Assembly (NCBI RefSeq): GCF_054482525.1
Contig: NZ_CM137006.1
Strand: one strand, 5' to 3'
DNA: 64,000 nt
In this document: one piece after another, positions 35,575-47,330 of the stretch
How the letters are laid out: each line of letters begins with the position of its first letter
How positions within the stretch are numbered: the first letter of the stretch is position 1
Made by a program: the position numbers and the translations under genes
Notes under the pieces: model-generated
Database searches by the model: none
The model's input: only the letters and a program-made list of their open reading frames with translations
Told to the model about the DNA's origin: nothing

Positions 35575-37286
35575 TGAGCGAAAAACATCCAGGGCCTTTA
35601 GTGGTCGAAGGAAAACTGACAGACGCCGAGCGCATGAAGCTTGAAAGCAACTACCTGCGCGGCACCATTGCGGAAGATTTAAACGACGGTCTGACCGGCG
35701 GCTTTAAGGGCGATAACTTCCTGCTGATCCGCTTCCACGGCATGTATCAGCAGGATGACCGCGACATCCGCGCCGAACGTGCTGAACAGAAGCTGGAGCC
35801 ACGTCATGCAATGCTGTTGCGCTGTCGTCTGCCGGGTGGGGTGATTACCACCAAACAGTGGCAGGCGATCGATAAATTTGCCGGTGAAAACACCATCTAT
35901 GGCAGCATTCGCCTGACCAACCGCCAGACGTTCCAGTTCCACGGCATTCTGAAAAAGAACGTCAAACCGGTGCACCAGATGCTGCACTCGGTCGGTCTTG
36001 ATGCGCTGGCGACCGCCAACGATATGAACCGTAACGTGCTGTGCACTTCGAACCCTTACGAGTCGCAGTTGCACGCGGAAGCATATGAATGGGCGAAGAA
36101 AATCTCTGAACATCTGCTGCCACGTACCCGCGCGTATGCGGAGATCTGGCTCGATCAGGAAAAAGTCGCCACTACTGATGAAGAGCCGATCCTTGGTCAG
36201 ACCTACCTGCCGCGTAAGTTCAAAACCACGGTAGTGATCCCGCCGCAGAACGATATCGATCTGCACGCCAACGACATGAACTTCGTGGCGATCGCCGAAA
36301 ACGGCAAGCTGGTGGGCTTTAACCTGCTGGTGGGCGGTGGGCTTTCTATCGAACACGGCAACAAGAAAACCTACGCCCGCACCGCGAGTGAGTTTGGCTA
36401 TCTGCCGCTGGAGCATACGCTGGCAGTGGCGGAAGCCGTCGTGACAACTCAGCGTGACTGGGGTAACCGAACCGATCGTAAAAATGCCAAAACCAAATAC
36501 ACGCTGGAGCGCGTGGGGGTTGAGACGTTTAAAGCGGAAGTGGAGCGTCGCGCGGGGATCAAATTTGAACCGATCCGTCCGTATGAGTTCACCGGACGCG
36601 GCGATCGTATTGGCTGGATTAAGGGCATTGATGATAACTGGCACCTGACGCTGTTTATCGAAAATGGTCGCATCCTTGATTATCCTGGGCGTCCGCTGAA
36701 AACCGGCCTGCTGGAGATCGCGAAGATCCACAAAGGCGATTTCCGCATTACGGCGAACCAGAATCTGATCATCGCCGGTGTGCCGGAAAGCGAGAAAGCG
36801 AAGATCGAGAAGATCGCCAAAGAGAGCGGGTTAATGAATGCCGTCACGCCGCAGCGTGAAAACTCGATGGCCTGCGTGTCATTCCCGACTTGCCCGCTGG
36901 CGATGGCCGAAGCCGAGCGTTTCCTGCCGTCTTTTATCGACAACATCGATAATTTAATGGCGAAACATGGTGTCAGCGATGAGCATATCGTGATGCGTGT
37001 AACAGGCTGCCCGAACGGTTGTGGTCGCGCGATGCTGGCGGAAGTGGGTCTGGTGGGGAAAGCGCCGGGTCGCTACAACCTGCATCTTGGCGGCAACCGC
37101 ATTGGGACACGTATCCCACGGATGTATAAAGAAAACATCACCGAGCCGGAAATCCTGGCGTCGCTTGATGAACTGATAGGGCGCTGGGCGAAAGAGCGCG
37201 AAGCGGGTGAAGGCTTCGGCGACTTTACGGTGCGTGCGGGCATCATTCGCCCGGTGCTCGATCCGGCGCGCGATTTGTGGGATTAA
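35574..37286 (+). CDS. cysI: Sulfite reductase [NADPH] hemoprotein beta subunit CysI
   Basis: 570-aa [47 protein letters not shown]...; start overlaps the cysJ stop (TAATG). Confidence 0.95.
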   Translation: MSEKHPGPLVVEGKLTDAERMKLESNYLRGTIAEDLNDGLTGGFKGDNFLLIRFHGMYQQDDRDIRAERAEQKLEPRHAMLLRCRLPGGVITTKQWQAIDKFAGENTIYGSIRLTNRQTFQFHGILKKNVKPVHQMLHSVGLDALATANDMNRNVLCTSNPYESQLHAEAYEWAKKISEHLLPRTRAYAEIWLDQEKVATTDEEPILGQTYLPRKFKTTVVIPPQNDIDLHANDMNFVAIAENGKLVGFNLLVGGGLSIEHGNKKTYARTASEFGYLPLEHTLAVAEAVVTTQRDWGNRTDRKNAKTKYTLERVGVETFKAEVERRAGIKFEPIRPYEFTGRGDRIGWIKGIDDNWHLTLFIENGRILDYPGRPLKTGLLEIAKIHKGDFRITANQNLIIAGVPESEKAKIEKIAKESGLMNAVTPQRENSMACVSFPTCPLAMAEAERFLPSFIDNIDNLMAKHGVSDEHIVMRVTGCPNGCGRAMLAEVGLVGKAPGRYNLHLGGNRIGTRIPRMYKENITEPEILASLDELIGRWAKEREAGEGFGDFTVRAGIIRPVLDPARDLWD

Positions 37287-37302
37287 CTATCAGCCCGGTC
37301 TT

Positions 37303-37338
37303 GTAGGCCTGATAAGACGTGTGAGCGTTGCATCAGGC
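37303..37338. repeat. REP element between cysI and cysH
   Basis: gtaggcctgataagacgtgtgagcgttgcatcaggc. Confidence 0.6.
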
Positions 37339-37359
37339 AAGGCAAACAGTGAGGAACTT

Positions 37360-38094
37360 ATGTCCAAACTCGATCTAAACGCCCTGAACGAACTGCCGAA
37401 GGTAGATCGCATTCTGGCGCTGGCAGAAACTAACGCCGAACTGGAAAAACTGGATGCTGAAGGCCGCGTTGCCTGGGCGCTGGATAATCTGCCCGGTGAA
37501 TATGTACTTTCTTCCAGTTTCGGCATTCAGGCGGCGGTGAGCCTGCATCTGGTGAATCAGATTCACCCGGATATCCCGGTGATCCTGACCGATACGGGTT
37601 ATCTGTTCCCGGAAACCTACCGCTTTATTGACGAGTTAACGGACAAACTCAAGCTCAACCTGAAAGTGTACCGCGCTACCGAAAGCGCCGCCTGGCAGGA
37701 AGCGCGCTACGGCAAACTGTGGGAGCAGGGTGTTGAAGGCATTGAAAAGTACAATGACATCAACAAAGTCGAACCGATGAACCGGGCGCTGAAAGAACTG
37801 AATGCGCAAACGTGGTTTGCTGGCCTGCGCCGCGAACAATCCGGCAGTCGCGCCAATTTACCGGTGCTGGCAATTCAGCGTGGCGTATTTAAAGTGCTGC
37901 CGATTATCGACTGGGATAACCGAACTATTTATCAGTACCTGCAAAAGCATGGCCTGAAATATCACCCATTATGGGACGAAGGATATTTATCGGTGGGCGA
38001 TACCCATACAACCTGTAAATGGGAACCCGGCATGGCGGAAGAAGAAACGCGTTTCTTTGGCTTAAAAAGGGAATGTGGGTTACACGAAGGGTAA
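37360..38094 (+). CDS. cysH: Phosphoadenosine phosphosulfate (PAPS) reductase CysH
   Basis: ORF from [60 protein letters not shown]... (244 aa); the upstream in-frame extension in the track crosses the REP element. Confidence 0.93.
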   Translation: MSKLDLNALNELPKVDRILALAETNAELEKLDAEGRVAWALDNLPGEYVLSSSFGIQAAVSLHLVNQIHPDIPVILTDTGYLFPETYRFIDELTDKLKLNLKVYRATESAAWQEARYGKLWEQGVEGIEKYNDINKVEPMNRALKELNAQTWFAGLRREQSGSRANLPVLAIQRGVFKVLPIIDWDNRTIYQYLQKHGLKYHPLWDEGYLSVGDTHTTCKWEPGMAEEETRFFGLKRECGLHEG

Positions 38095-38112
38095 ATATTG
38101 CCGGATAAATTA

Positions 38113-38150
38113 AACGCCTCTGTCAGAAATGATGGGGGCGTTTTTATTTT
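38113..38150 (+). terminator. Weak hairpin plus T-run after cysH
   Basis: aaacgcc...ggcgttttt attttg; short stem with a large loop, so not a strong terminator. Confidence 0.35.
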
Positions 38151-38358
38151 GCGAGCAGCATTCCGGCATTTAAAGGTGAACATCGCAGGGAGAATTAACA
38201 GGTATAGAATGGAGTTGGGTGCTTGAGGCTGTCTGGCGTTAAGCATTCGCGAGGTTCCAGATGGACAAAAGCCCCAGGCGATATTTCTATCAACCTGAGG
38301 CCAGCGTTCGAACCTAAGCAATTCGAATGTTAGTCTCTTCTTTGCAGGGAGGCAAGAC

Positions 38359-38511
38359 ATGCTGACAAAATATGCCCTTGTGGCAATCATCGTACTGTGT
38401 TGTACAGTACTGGGATTCACGCTGATGGTAGGCGACTCGTTGTGTGAGTTGAGTATCAGAGAACGTGGTATGGAGTTTAGGGCAGTTCTCGCTTACGAAT
38501 CGAAGAAGTAG
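38359..38511 (+). CDS. Hok/Gef-family membrane toxin (type I toxin-antitoxin; hokX/sokX-type locus at the cysH-iap position)
   Basis: 50-aa [53 protein letters not shown]: N-terminal TM segment, conserved DSLCE and AYES motifs, closest to HokE as I recall it; putative mRNA 5' end gggtgcttgaggct near 38217. Confidence 0.8.
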   Translation: MLTKYALVAIIVLCCTVLGFTLMVGDSLCELSIRERGMEFRAVLAYESKK

Positions 38512-38532
38512 CCACCACGCGGGGGTAAAACC

Positions 38533-39871
38533 CATAAGCGCTAACTTAAGGGTTGAACCATCTGAAGAATGCGACGCCTCGGTGCCTCGTTAAGACGATG
38601 CCTCGCGTTCTTCAATTGCGTTTTGTAGGCTGTCAGGGATACTGTCCCACGAATGGCCACCTGTAAGCTCCAGATGACCATTTTTGTTATTCTCCACAAC
38701 GAGTTAGTTCTTCTTTTCGGATCCGGCACTTCTGGGGGGGAAATCCAGCGATGGCTGGATTATGTCGTCAATTAAAAATGCGGCGAGTAGATTAGCAAAT
38801 ATCCACGCTTTCGCGAGTTCAGGTTCCTTTGCACGCAAAGCATCCAGGTGCAGCAAACTTTTGAGCCGCTTAAAAGCCAGTTCAATTTGCCATCGCAGAC
38901 GGTAACAATCAGCCACTTGCTCTGCTGAATATTCATCTTCCGGTAATGATGTTAGCAATAGCACATGGCCCGCTGCTTCCAGCGTTTCCGCCTGAACTAC
39001 TCGTCCTTTTCGACGATTCTCGCTGAGCAGTCGGGTTTTACTGATTAATGCTTTTTCGGGAGGAAGTGATACGGCAATGAGACGTGCCGGAAAGGGAGCT
39101 CCGGCTTTTTTATTACCTGAATTGCCTATCATTACAGTGGTTTCACCGTTCTTACCGCAATCCAGCCCGCGCAGAAAACCCATCATGTCAAAGCGCATTC
39201 CTTCTGCAGTTAACCAGCGCAATCCTCGCCAGTGAACCCGGACGATATAATCAGCTTCTCCAAAAGCAAGTGAGCGGATACATTCGGGACGCGAACCGAA
39301 TCCCCGGTCAGCAATGCGTATCTCGTCTGCCGTTTGCGCAAATCGGTCCAGCCGTTCAGCGTCTCTGCTGTCGGTTAGCTCAAAATCAGTGAACTGACAG
39401 GTATGAGGATCATATCCCATATGTAGTCGCCATTCAGCGCTGCCGCCCCCGGGCGCACTGATTGCTGTTCCATCGACAAGACGCAATCTCTTTCCGCTTG
39501 TACAACCCGTAACTGCGGCGCGTACAGCAAGTGTTTGTGCGGCAAGTATGCCAAACCAGTCGGCGGCATTCCGCAGCCGCTTCAGGAGAGCCACGTCAGA
39601 TAATGTTGCAACGTCATGGAGCTGAGCCCATGCAGTGACTTCACGTAATGACATCCCCCCGGGGCCGTAAGCCAGCCCCAGACGTAGCAGAGTTGCAGCA
39701 TCACGAATTTCGCGGCGGCGGGTTAGAGCCCCGGCATTACGTGCCGAAGTATCCAGTTCTTCGGGCTTACCAATATGGGCCAGAATTGCTGACCAGTTAT
39801 CGTGAGAGTAATTCATCGGCACGTTAAATCATATCAGGCGTAATACCACAACCCTTAAGTTAGCGCTTATG
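38533..39871 (-). mobile_element. IS186 (IS4 family) insertion sequence, about 1339 bp, flanked by a 10-bp target-site duplication gggtaaaacc
   Basis: Terminal inverted repeats cataagcgctaacttaagggttg (left) and caacccttaagttagcgcttatg (right); direct repeat gggtaaaacc on both flanks; target is the palindrome cgcgggggtaaaaccccgcg. Confidence 0.9.
38704..39816 (-). CDS. insL: IS186 transposase InsL
   Basis: ORF MNYSHDNWSAILAHIGKPEELDTSARNAGALTRRREIRDAATLLRLGLAYGPGGMSLREV... (370 aa from the MNYSHD start). Confidence 0.9.
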   Translation of the reverse strand: MNYSHDNWSAILAHIGKPEELDTSARNAGALTRRREIRDAATLLRLGLAYGPGGMSLREVTAWAQLHDVATLSDVALLKRLRNAADWFGILAAQTLAVRAAVTGCTSGKRLRLVDGTAISAPGGGSAEWRLHMGYDPHTCQFTDFELTDSRDAERLDRFAQTADEIRIADRGFGSRPECIRSLAFGEADYIVRVHWRGLRWLTAEGMRFDMMGFLRGLDCGKNGETTVMIGNSGNKKAGAPFPARLIAVSLPPEKALISKTRLLSENRRKGRVVQAETLEAAGHVLLLTSLPEDEYSAEQVADCYRLRWQIELAFKRLKSLLHLDALRAKEPELAKAWIFANLLAAFLIDDIIQPSLDFPPRSAGSEKKN

Positions 39872-39986
39872 GGGTAAAACCCCGCGTATTGAATTGTTAA
39901 AGTTTGGCCTCCTGCACCCCTTTTTTATACTCTGTTTCTGGTGGCATTGATTTCCTGCAGGCAAGGGAGTAATCATTTCAAACCCA

Positions 39987-41024
39987 TCAAGACGCCTTCG
40001 CCAGCTCCTTCACCAGCGGTAGCATTATCCGCATAACGTCACGGCAGCGACGTTCTATTCTTCCAGGAAGTGCCTTATCAATATGTTGTTGATTATCCAG
40101 TCTTACGTCATGCCAGCTATTTCCCGCAGGGAATGCAGCTGTTTTTGCGCGTTGCTGATAACCATCCTTATTCCCAAGATTCCAATTTGTTGCTTCTACC
40201 GAAAGTACGGCAATACCGGCTTTGTCGAAAACTTCGGCGTCATTACAACAGCCAGTACCCTTCGGATAATTTTTATTCAAACCCGGATTGATCGTTGCGG
40301 CAATTCCATGACTACGCGCAATTGCCAGTGCCCTGTCGCGCGTTAATTTCCTTACTGCTTCAGGGGTTTTTACACCACTGTTGAAATACAATTTATCGCC
40401 AACAATTAAGTTATCGAGATTAATCACCAGCAGCGTATTTTTCTTTTCGGTGTCACTCATCCGCTTGAGTAAATTCTCAGCACCTAATTTCCCTTCCTCT
40501 TCACCACTGGTCGCCACAAATCGAATACCATACTCGGTAGGCGTATTTTTCAGGCGTTCTGCCAGTTCCAGCATGACACCTAAACCTGCGGCATTATCAT
40601 CCATTCCTTGTAACGTCAGCCCGCCGAGATTGGCATCGGCGTCAGCATCGCTCAGCGGGGCGTAAGTATCCAGATGCGCCATAATGATGATCTGCTGCGG
40701 CGCTTTGCCTTCATGAGCGGCAATCACCGTACTTCCCGTCACGTTATGCCAGCTCTTGCGATTATCGCGGGCGGTATAAATATACCGACTATTAAATGTC
40801 CGAATATCACTGCGATAACCCATTTGCTGAAACTGTTGGCGAATATAATCGGCAGATAACATTTCTGCAGGAGTTCCGGTCATGCGTCCCGGAAAGAAAG
40901 TAGCAATATGTCGTGCCTGGGTATTAGCAAAATCGCCAGGTTTAGGTGACGAGGCGTGTACGGGGAGAATAAAGCATACGCCGAGCGCCAGGGCAGCGGT
41001 ACGGTGGCGCAATGCGGAAAACAT
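39987..41024 (-). CDS. iap: Alkaline phosphatase isozyme conversion aminopeptidase Iap
   Basis: 345-aa ORF MFSALRHRTAALALGVCFILPVHASSPKPGDFANTQARHIATFFPGRMTG... Confidence 0.88.
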   Translation of the reverse strand: MFSALRHRTAALALGVCFILPVHASSPKPGDFANTQARHIATFFPGRMTGTPAEMLSADYIRQQFQQMGYRSDIRTFNSRYIYTARDNRKSWHNVTGSTVIAAHEGKAPQQIIIMAHLDTYAPLSDADADANLGGLTLQGMDDNAAGLGVMLELAERLKNTPTEYGIRFVATSGEEEGKLGAENLLKRMSDTEKKNTLLVINLDNLIVGDKLYFNSGVKTPEAVRKLTRDRALAIARSHGIAATINPGLNKNYPKGTGCCNDAEVFDKAGIAVLSVEATNWNLGNKDGYQQRAKTAAFPAGNSWHDVRLDNQQHIDKALPGRIERRCRDVMRIMLPLVKELAKAS

Positions 41025-41275
41025 AGTGAGTCCTTAAATACCATGCAAATTTTTTTACCGCCATAGTATGAAACTGCCGCTGCGCTAAAACAATTTCAAA
41101 TCTTCCTAAACGCCCGAAATCCGGTGCCTTAAGCACTTTTTGATATTAGCTTTGCCAAATCGTTATTCCGTTAAGGAACTACTCATTCTAATTGGTAATT
41201 TCATTCGTTCTCTTACGCTCCCTATAGTCGAAACATCTGATGGCAAGAAAATAGCGGTATTGCAAAGGAACGGTT

Positions 41276-42184
41276 ATGGATCAAAAACGACTTACTCACC
41301 TGCGGCAACTGGAGGCGGAAAGCATCCACATTATTCGCGAGGTGGCGGCAGAATTCTCAAATCCGGTGATGCTCTACTCTATCGGTAAAGATTCCAGCGT
41401 CATGTTGCATCTGGCGCGCAAGGCGTTTTATCCAGGTACGCTGCCTTTCCCGTTGCTGCATGTCGATACCGGCTGGAAATTCCGCGAGATGTATGAGTTC
41501 CGCGATCGTACGGCGAAAGCCTACGGCTGCGAGCTGCTGGTGCATAAAAACCCGGAAGGCGTGGCGATGGGGATTAATCCATTCGTGCACGGCAGCGCGA
41601 AACATACCGATATTATGAAAACTGAAGGCCTGAAACAGGCGCTGAATAAATACGGTTTTGATGCCGCCTTCGGTGGTGCGCGCCGTGACGAAGAGAAATC
41701 TCGCGCTAAAGAGCGAATCTACTCTTTCCGTGACCGCTTCCATCGCTGGGATCCGAAAAATCAGCGCCCGGAGCTGTGGCACAACTACAACGGGCAAATT
41801 AACAAAGGCGAAAGCATCCGCGTCTTCCCGCTCTCTAACTGGACCGAGCAGGATATCTGGCAATACATCTGGCTGGAAAATATCGACATTGTTCCGCTGT
41901 ATCTCGCTGCGGAACGACCGGTTCTGGAACGCGACGGTATGTTGATGATGATTGATGACAACCGTATCGACCTGCAACCGGGCGAAGTGATTAAAAAACG
42001 GATGGTGCGTTTCCGTACGCTGGGCTGCTGGCCGCTGACCGGTGCGGTGGAGTCAAATGCACAAACACTGCCGGAGATCATCGAAGAGATGCTGGTTTCC
42101 ACCACCAGTGAACGTCAGGGCCGCGTGATTGACCGCGACCAGGCGGGGTCTATGGAGCTGAAAAAACGTCAGGGGTATTTTTAA
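41276..42184 (+). CDS. cysD: Sulfate adenylyltransferase subunit 2 CysD
   Basis: 302-aa [54 protein letters not shown]... Confidence 0.95.
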   Translation: MDQKRLTHLRQLEAESIHIIREVAAEFSNPVMLYSIGKDSSVMLHLARKAFYPGTLPFPLLHVDTGWKFREMYEFRDRTAKAYGCELLVHKNPEGVAMGINPFVHGSAKHTDIMKTEGLKQALNKYGFDAAFGGARRDEEKSRAKERIYSFRDRFHRWDPKNQRPELWHNYNGQINKGESIRVFPLSNWTEQDIWQYIWLENIDIVPLYLAAERPVLERDGMLMMIDDNRIDLQPGEVIKKRMVRFRTLGCWPLTGAVESNAQTLPEIIEEMLVSTTSERQGRVIDRDQAGSMELKKRQGYF

Positions 42185-42185
42185 G

Positions 42186-43613
42186 ATGAACACCGCACTT
42201 GCACAACAAATCGCCAATGAAGGCGGCGTCGAAGCCTGGATGATTGCGCAACAACATAAAAGCCTGCTGCGTTTTCTGACCTGTGGTAGCGTCGATGACG
42301 GCAAAAGTACCCTGATTGGTCGCCTGCTGCACGATACCCGCCAAATCTACGAAGATCAGCTCTCATCGCTGCATAACGACAGTAAACGTCACGGCACCCA
42401 GGGCGAAAAGCTGGATCTGGCACTGCTGGTGGACGGCCTGCAAGCTGAGCGCGAACAGGGCATCACCATTGACGTGGCTTACCGTTATTTCTCTACCGAG
42501 AAGCGTAAATTTATTATCGCCGACACCCCTGGGCACGAGCAGTACACCCGCAATATGGCGACTGGCGCATCGACATGTGAACTGGCGATCTTACTGATCG
42601 ATGCCCGTAAAGGCGTGCTCGATCAAACCCGTCGTCACAGTTTTATCTCCACACTGTTGGGGATCAAACATCTGGTCGTGGCGATCAACAAAATGGATCT
42701 GGTGGATTACAGTGAAGAGACGTTCACCCGTATTCGTGAAGATTATCTGACCTTTGCCGGGCAGCTGCCGGGTAATCTGGATATCCGCTTTGTGCCGCTC
42801 TCCGCACTGGAAGGCGACAACGTGGCTTCGCAAAGTGAAAGTATGCCGTGGTACAGCGGTCCGACACTGCTCGAAGTGCTGGAAACCGTGGAGATCCAGC
42901 GAGTGGTGGATGCACAGCCTATGCGCTTCCCGGTGCAGTACGTTAACCGCCCGAATCTCGATTTTCGTGGTTACGCCGGAACGCTGGCATCCGGTCGCGT
43001 GGAAGTTGGGCAACGTGTCAAAGTGCTGCCCTCTGGTGTGGAATCAAACGTCGCGCGGATCGTGACTTTTGATGGCGATCGCGGAGAAGCCTTTGCCGGA
43101 GAAGCGATCACCCTGGTGCTGACGGATGAGATCGACATCAGCCGTGGCGATCTGCTGCTGGCGGCAGACGAAGCGTTACCGGCTGTGCAGAGCGCGTCGG
43201 TGGATGTGGTATGGATGGCGGAACAGCCGCTTTCCCCAGGCCAGAGTTACGACATCAAAATTGCCGGTAAGAAGACGCGTGCTCGTGTTGATGGCATTCG
43301 TTATCAGGTTGATATTAATAACCTTACCCAACGCGAAGTTGAAAACCTGCCGCTGAACGGCATCGGCCTGGTGGATCTCACTTTTGACGAGCCACTGGTG
43401 TTAGATCGTTATCAGCAAAATCCGGTTACCGGTGGGCTGATTTTTATCGATCGCCTGAGCAATGTGACCGTGGGTGCCGGTATGGTGCACGAGCCAGTTA
43501 GCCAGGCAACTGCTGCGCCATCTGAATTCAGTGCATTCGAACTGGAATTGAATGCCCTGGTTCGTCGCCACTTTCCGCACTGGGGCGCGCGCGATTTGCT
43601 GGGGGATAAATAA
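42186..43613 (+). CDS. cysN: Sulfate adenylyltransferase subunit 1 CysN (GTPase)
   Basis: 475-aa ORF with GTP-binding motifs [19 protein letters not shown]. Confidence 0.95.
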   Translation: MNTALAQQIANEGGVEAWMIAQQHKSLLRFLTCGSVDDGKSTLIGRLLHDTRQIYEDQLSSLHNDSKRHGTQGEKLDLALLVDGLQAEREQGITIDVAYRYFSTEKRKFIIADTPGHEQYTRNMATGASTCELAILLIDARKGVLDQTRRHSFISTLLGIKHLVVAINKMDLVDYSEETFTRIREDYLTFAGQLPGNLDIRFVPLSALEGDNVASQSESMPWYSGPTLLEVLETVEIQRVVDAQPMRFPVQYVNRPNLDFRGYAGTLASGRVEVGQRVKVLPSGVESNVARIVTFDGDRGEAFAGEAITLVLTDEIDISRGDLLLAADEALPAVQSASVDVVWMAEQPLSPGQSYDIKIAGKKTRARVDGIRYQVDINNLTQREVENLPLNGIGLVDLTFDEPLVLDRYQQNPVTGGLIFIDRLSNVTVGAGMVHEPVSQATAAPSEFSAFELELNALVRRHFPHWGARDLLGDK

Positions 43614-44218
43614 TGGCGCTGCATGACGAAAACGTCGTCTGGCATAGCCATCCGGTCACTGTGCATCAACGCGAGCTACACCACGGTCATCGTGGTGTAG
43701 TGCTGTGGTTTACCGGCCTCTCCGGGTCCGGTAAATCAACGGTCGCCGGGGCGCTGGAGGAGGCGTTACATAAACTCGGCGTCAGTACGTATCTGCTGGA
43801 TGGCGACAATGTTCGCCACGGATTATGCAGCGATCTCGGTTTTAGCGATGCCGATCGTAAAGAGAATATCCGTCGCGTCGGTGAAGTGACGAATTTGATG
43901 GTTGAAGCCGGACTGGTGGTGCTGACCGCATTCATCTCGCCACACCGCGCCGAACGCCAGATGGTTCGTGAACGCGTAGGAGAAGGGCGCTTTATCGAAG
44001 TGTTTGTCGATACGCCGCTGGCGATTTGCGAAGCCCGCGATCCAAAAGGCTTATATAAGAAAGCGCGTGCCGGTGAACTGCGCAACTTTACGGGAATAGA
44101 TTCCGTTTACGAAGCGCCTGAATCGGCAGAAATTCATCTCAATGGTGAACAATTAGTAACAAATTTGGTACAGCAATTATTAGATCTGTTGAGACAGAAC
44201 GATATTATCAGATCCTGA
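43613..44218 (+). CDS. cysC: Adenylyl-sulfate (APS) kinase CysC
   Basis: 201-aa ORF with P-loop GLSGSGKST. Confidence 0.95.
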   Translation: MALHDENVVWHSHPVTVHQRELHHGHRGVVLWFTGLSGSGKSTVAGALEEALHKLGVSTYLLDGDNVRHGLCSDLGFSDADRKENIRRVGEVTNLMVEAGLVVLTAFISPHRAERQMVRERVGEGRFIEVFVDTPLAICEARDPKGLYKKARAGELRNFTGIDSVYEAPESAEIHLNGEQLVTNLVQQLLDLLRQNDIIRS

Positions 44219-44267
44219 GACACCACCGGGTTTCCATGCCCGGTTCGTCAAAGTAACAGGATCAAAT

Positions 44268-44591
44268 ATGCGTAATAGCCATAACATTACACTAACAAAT
44301 AACGACAGCCTTACTGAGGATGAAGAAACCACATGGTCACTGCCTGGTGCCGTGGTCGGTTTTATCTCATGGTTATTTGCGCTGGCGATGCCGATGTTGA
44401 TTTATGGCTCTAACACTCTGTTCTTCTTTATCTACACCTGGCCTTTCTTTCTGGCACTGATGCCCGTCGCGGTAGTGGTGGGGATTGCGCTGCATTCATT
44501 GATGGACGGAAAGCTACGCTACAGTATTGTTTTCACCCTGGTGACAGTAGGCATTATGTTTGGCGCACTGTTTATGTGGCTACTGGGCTAA
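44268..44591 (+). CDS. ygbE: Inner-membrane protein YgbE (DUF3561)
   Basis: 107-aa hydrophobic ORF MRNSHNITLTNNDSLTEDEETTWSLPGAVVGFISWLFALAMPML... Confidence 0.8.
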   Translation: MRNSHNITLTNNDSLTEDEETTWSLPGAVVGFISWLFALAMPMLIYGSNTLFFFIYTWPFFLALMPVAVVVGIALHSLMDGKLRYSIVFTLVTVGIMFGALFMWLLG

Positions 44592-44784
44592 TTTGTACTT
44601 TCTTGTCTCCTCTGTTCATAATTCAAACCGTAACTAATAATGAGATTATGTTCTGCACGCCCTGGGTATACGTAACAATGGACAAATGTGGTACATTTGC
44701 CCGCGTTGTCGCGGTATCCCCAACAGAGGATGTAGAGTCGTCTTCGGATGCATGGGATGATGATGCCGTTTTTCAGGGGGCAGG

Positions 44785-45096
44785 ATGGGTAAACTAACGC
44801 TGCTGTTGCTGGCTATTCTGGTCTGGCTACAGTATTCGCTGTGGTTCGGTAAGAACGGTATACATGACTATACCCGCGTCAATGATGATGTGGCGGCACA
44901 GCAAGCTACAAACGCGAAACTTAAAGCGCGAAACGATCAACTTTTTGCCGAAATTGACGATCTCAATGGCGGCCAGGAGGCGCTCGAAGAGCGTGCGCGT
45001 AATGAACTCAGCATGACCAGGCCGGGCGAAACTTTTTATCGTCTGGTGCCTGACGCGTCGAAGCGCGCACAGTCTGCGGGGCAAAACAATCGATAA
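44785..45096 (+). CDS. ftsB: Cell division protein FtsB
   Basis: 103-aa [66 protein letters not shown]... Confidence 0.92.
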
Positions 45097-45114
45097 ATCA
45101 GCCCAGGAATTAAC

Positions 45115-45825
45115 ATGGCAACCACTCATTTGGATGTTTGCGCCGTGGTTCCGGCGGCCGGATTTGGCCGTCGAATGCAAACGGAATGTCCTAAGCAATA
45201 TCTCTCAATCGGTAATCAAACCATTCTTGAACACTCGGTGCATGCGCTGCTGGCGCATCCCCGGGTGAAACATGTCGTCATTGCCATAAGTCCTGGCGAT
45301 AGCCGTTTTGCACAACTTCCTCTGGCGAATCATCCGCAAATCACCGTTGTAGATGGCGGTGATGAGCGTGCCGATTCGGTGCTGGCAGGTCTGAAAGCCG
45401 CTGGCGACGCGCAGTGGGTATTGGTGCATGACGCCGCTCGTCCTTGTCTGCATCAGGATGACCTCGCGCGATTGTTGGCGTTGAGCGAAACCAGCCGCAC
45501 GGGGGGGATCCTCGCCGCACCAGTGCGCGATACGATGAAACGTGCCGAACCGGGCAAAAATGCCATTGCTCATACCGTTGATCGCAACGGCTTATGGCAC
45601 GCGCTGACGCCGCAATTTTTCCCTCGTGAGCTGTTACATGACTGCCTGACGCGCGCTCTAAATGAAGGCGCTACCATTACCGACGAAGCCTCGGCGCTGG
45701 AATATTGCGGATTTCATCCGCAGTTGGTCGAAGGCCGCGCGGATAACATTAAAGTCACGCGCCCGGAAGATTTGGCACTGGCCGAGTTTTACCTCACCCG
45801 AACCATCCATCAGGAGAATACATAA
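45115..45825 (+). CDS. ispD: 2-C-methyl-D-erythritol 4-phosphate cytidylyltransferase IspD
   Basis: 236-aa [45 protein letters not shown]... Confidence 0.93.
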
Positions 45826-46304
45826 TGCGAATTGGACACGGTTTTGACGTACACGCCTTTGGCGGTGAAGGCCCAATTATCATTGGTGGCGTACGCATTC
45901 CTTACGAAAAAGGATTGCTGGCGCATTCTGATGGCGACGTGGCGCTCCATGCGTTGACCGATGCATTGCTTGGCGCGGCGGCGCTGGGGGATATCGGCAA
46001 GCTGTTCCCGGATACCGATCCGGCATTTAAAGGTGCCGACAGCCGCGAGCTGCTACGCGAAGCCTGGCGTCGTATTCAGGCGAAGGGTTATACCCTGGGC
46101 AACGTCGATGTCACTATCATCGCTCAGGCACCGAAGATGTTGCCGCACATTCCACAAATGCGCGTGTTTATTGCCGAAGATCTCGGCTGCCATATGGATG
46201 ATGTTAACGTGAAAGCCACTACTACGGAAAAACTTGGATTTACCGGACGTGGGGAAGGGATTGCCTGTGAAGCGGTGGCGCTACTCATTAAGGCAACAAA
46301 ATGA
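45825..46304 (+). CDS. ispF: 2-C-methyl-D-erythritol 2,4-cyclodiphosphate synthase IspF
   Basis: 159-aa [47 protein letters not shown]... Confidence 0.95.
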
Positions 46305-47330
46305 TTGAGTTTGATAATCTCACTTACCTCCACGGTAAACCGCAAGGCACCGGGCTGCTGAAAGCCAATCCGGAAGACTTTGTGGTGGTGGAAGATTTGG
46401 GCTTTGAGCCTGATGGTGAAGGTGAGCATATTCTGGTTAGAATCCTCAAAAACGGCTGCAATACCCGTTTTGTGGCGGATGCACTGGCGAAATTCCTTAA
46501 AATTCATGCCCGTGAAGTCAGCTTCGCTGGGCAAAAAGACAAACATGCTGTAACGGAACAGTGGTTATGTGCTCGCGTGCCGGGCAAGGAAATGCCCGAT
46601 CTGAGCGCCTTTCAACTGGAAGGCTGCCAGGTGCTGGAGTATGCGCGGCACAAGCGCAAGCTGCGTTTAGGCGCGCTGAAAGGTAACGCCTTTACCCTGG
46701 TTCTGCGCGAAGTGAGCAATCGCGATGACGTTGAACAACGTCTGATCGATATTTGCGTAAAAGGTGTACCGAACTACTTCGGTGCCCAACGTTTTGGGAT
46801 TGGCGGTAGCAACTTGCAGGGCGCGCTGCGCTGGGCGCAAACCAATACTCCGGTGCGCGATCGCAATAAACGGAGTTTTTGGTTGTCGGCAGCCCGCAGT
46901 GCGTTGTTTAATCAGATTGTTGCTGAGCGCCTCAAAAAAGCAGACGTTAATCAAGTTGTTGACGGCGATGCGCTACAATTAGCCGGACGTGGTAGCTGGT
47001 TTGTTGCAACCACCGAAGAACTGGCGGAATTACAGCGTCGCGTCAACGATAAAGAGCTAATGATAACCGCCGCATTGCCGGGCAGTGGCGAATGGGGAAC
47101 TCAGCGTGAAGCGCTGGCATTCGAACAAGCAGCTGTCGCCGCAGAAACTGAATTACAAGCCTTACTGGTGCGCGAAAAAGTTGAAGCCGCGCGCAGAGCG
47201 ATGCTGCTGTATCCGCAACAATTAAGCTGGAACTGGTGGGATGACGTCACCGTAGAAATCCGTTTCTGGCTTCCGGCGGGTAGTTTTGCAACCAGCGTTG
47301 TCAGGGAACTTATCAACACAACAGGTGATT

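Noticed and set aside
35679-36731. 350-aa minus-strand ORF antisense to cysI
   Set aside because: Completely embedded in cysI on the opposite strand; no family resemblance; treated as a frame artefact.
38217-38358. Search for a mok-like overlapping reading frame and a precisely placed Sok antisense gene in the hok leader
   Set aside because: Only very short ORFs (18 and 12 codons) precede hok and no convincing minus-strand promoter could be placed by eye; Sok is expected but I cannot give coordinates.
44576-44797. 73-aa plus-strand ORF spanning the ygbE-ftsB intergenic region
   Set aside because: Overlaps the end of ygbE and the start of ftsB, with no ribosome-binding site or family resemblance.
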